Shown here: positions 49,921 to 51,821 of the stretch, in pieces
How the letters are laid out: each line of letters begins with the position of its first letter
How positions within the stretch are numbered: position 1 is the first letter of the stretch
Assembly (NCBI GenBank): GCA_002269645.1
Contig: NIVC01004284.1
Span: forward strand, 1-51,821
Direction of reading: 5' to 3'
DNA from: Macrostomum lignano
Lineage: Eukaryota
DNA length: 51,821 nucleotides
Made by a program: the position numbers and the translations under genes
The notes under the pieces: model-generated
The model's database searches: none
What the model saw: only the letters and a program-made list of their open reading frames with translations
Told to the model about the DNA's origin: nothing

Positions 49921-51072
49921 AGAGTGCTAGTCCCTGTGTTGGTCATAGAGTGCTAGTCCCTGTGTTGGTCATAGAGTGCTAGTCCCTGTGTTGGTCATAG
50001 AGTGCTAGTCCCTGTGTTGGTCATAGAGTGCTAGTCCCTGTGTTGGTCATGGAGTGCTAGTCCCTGTGTTGGTCATAGAGTGCTAGTCCCTGTGTTGGTC
50101 ATAGAGTGCTACTAGTCCCTGTGTTGGTCATAGAGTGCTAGTCCCTGTGTTGGTCATAGAGTGCTAGTCCCTGTGTTGGTCATGGAGTGCTAGTCCCTGT
50201 GTTGGTCATAGAGTGCTAGTCCCTGTGTTGGTCATAGAGTGCTAGGTTCTGTGTTGGTCATAGAGTGCTAGTCCCTGTGTTGGTCATGGAGTGCTAGTCC
50301 CTGTGTTGGTCATAGAGTGCTAGTCCCTGTGTTGGTCATAGAGTGCTAGTCCCTGTGTTGGTCATAGAGTGCTAGTCCCTGTGTTGGTCATAGAGTGCTA
50401 CTAGTCCCTGTGTTGGTCATAGAGTGCTAGGTTCTGTGTTGGTCATAGAGTGCTAGGTTCTGTGTTGGTCATAGAGTGCTAGTCCCTGTGTTGGTCATAG
50501 AGTTTTAGTCTCTGTGTTGGTCAAAGAGTGCTAGTCCCTGTGTTGGTCATAGAGTGCTAGGTTCTGTGTTGGTCATAGAGTGCTAGTCCCTGTGTTGGTC
50601 ATAGAGTGCTAGGTTCTGTGTTGGTCATAGAGTGCTAGTCCCTGTGTTGGTCATAGAGTGCTAGGTTCTGTGTTGGTCATAGAGTGTTAGTCCCTGTGTT
50701 GGTCATAGAGTGCTAGGTTCTGTGTTGGTCATAGAGTGTTAGTCCCTGTGTTGGTCATAGAGTGCTAGTCCCTGTGTTGGTCATAGAGTTTTAGTCTCTG
50801 TGTAAGTCAAAGAGTGCTAGGTTTTGGTTGGTCATAGAGTGCTAGGTTCTGTGTTGGTCATAGAGTGCTAGGTTCTGTGTTGGTCATAGAGTGCTAGGTT
50901 CTGTGTTGGTCATAGAGTGCTAGTCACTGTGGGTCATAGAGTGCTAGGTTCTGTGTTGGTCATAGAGAGCTAGTCTCTGTGTTGGTCATAGAGTGCTAGT
51001 CCCTGTGTTGGTCATAGAGTGCTAGCCCCTGTGTTGGTCACAGAGTGCTATTTTGGTCATGAAGTGCTAGCA
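49921..51072. repeat. 26-bp tandem minisatellite (GTGCTAGTCCCTGTGTTGGTCATAGA)n, over 40 copies
   Basis: Direct reading; period 26; variants GGTTCT and CTA-duplicated units. Confidence 0.97.
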
Positions 51073-51211
51073 CTGTGCCATATTGTTTCAGATCGACAGT
51101 GTCTACGTGGTGCCTTTCTAGTCAAATTGTGAAAGACATGGTGATAATAAAGAATTATTAATGTGTGTAGTGAATAGCTGTTCATACATCAGCCATTTTT
51201 ATGGCACCTGC

Positions 51212-51488
51212 AATAATCAATGGCCAGATGTGCAACCGACAGCTCAGCCGCAGCTATTGCGCGGCACATCTGAAGGCTGCGTACGGCTGTTCAGTCCAAG
51301 AACTGGGGGGGGGGGGTTGCCACGCCAATTATCCCAGCTAATGCTGGCACCCATTTTACAGCTGGGTGAATTGAAGCAATACAGAGTTAATTGTGTCTTG
51401 CTCAGGGACACAAATTGTTCAGAGTGGGTCGAGAATCGAACCCCCGACCTTTCAGTCGTGAGTCCGTTGATCTAACCACTAGGCTACA
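51212..51488 (-). mobile_element. Second copy of the tRNA-derived CORE-SINE
   Basis: Reverse complement aligns along its length with 3600-3875 (A/B boxes, CORE-like segment, G/C run, 3' GCTGAGCTGTCGGTTGCACATCTG). Confidence 0.88.
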
Positions 51489-51821
51489 AAATTTTTTTAG
51501 GATTTTTTCAATGCCGTATTTAGTTTCTACTCATAATAATTAATTATGTGGGATTTTCATAGATCTAATTTTCTTAAAAGCTTTCGTGACACCGCAGCGG
51601 ATGCTCGTGATTTTGGATGCGGCCTGAGGGTGGCAGACACAGGCAAGTCCCATGCTGTCAAGCAACCAGATTTCAATCGAATAAAGACTGCTCACGATTT
51701 TTATCAATTCGCTAGATTGATTAAAGCAACCGAAATTTCTGATCTGGTACACGAAAAACCACAATTTTTTTTGTTCTGCACCCTCTTTCATGCATTGACA
51801 GAAATTTTCAAGCCTTCACTA

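Overview
Eukaryotic (animal) genomic DNA, not prokaryotic: spliced GT-AG genes with GC-rich exons, AT-rich intergenic islands, SINEs, MITEs and many tandem arrays. The overall style suggests an invertebrate such as a free-living flatworm (Macrostomum-like); this is inference only. Supported genes, + strand unless stated: (1) 3' part of a CUB-like/LDLa/single-TM membrane protein (~417-3175); (2) troponin I with a long Glu/Arg-rich N-terminal extension (10648-14865, 8 coding exons incl. a 10-nt microexon); (3) IGF2BP/Imp-like RRM+4xKH RNA-binding protein (21544-25803); (4) LKB1/STK11-like kinase ending in a CAAX box (to 35184, start not found); (5,6) a tandem pair of intronless genes for secreted proteins of an uncharacterised modular family (39387-40966 with a 1-nt frameshift; 43884-45731 intact); (7) a probable neuropeptide-precursor exon on the - strand (49584-49891). 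Mobile DNA: two copies of a tRNA-derived CORE-SINE, four non-autonomous TIR elements with recognisable target-site duplications, and a 3' LINE fragment. The most interesting system is the secreted paralog pair: shared N-terminal domain, a gene-conversion-like tract, an optional coiled-coil stalk and a small Cys-bounded C-terminal domain. Three single-base deletions, each restorable by lengthening a short run (two of them in troponin I), suggest consensus-sequence indel errors, so frameshifts here should not be read as pseudogenes without checking. No CRISPR array, rRNA or genuine tRNA gene was found.
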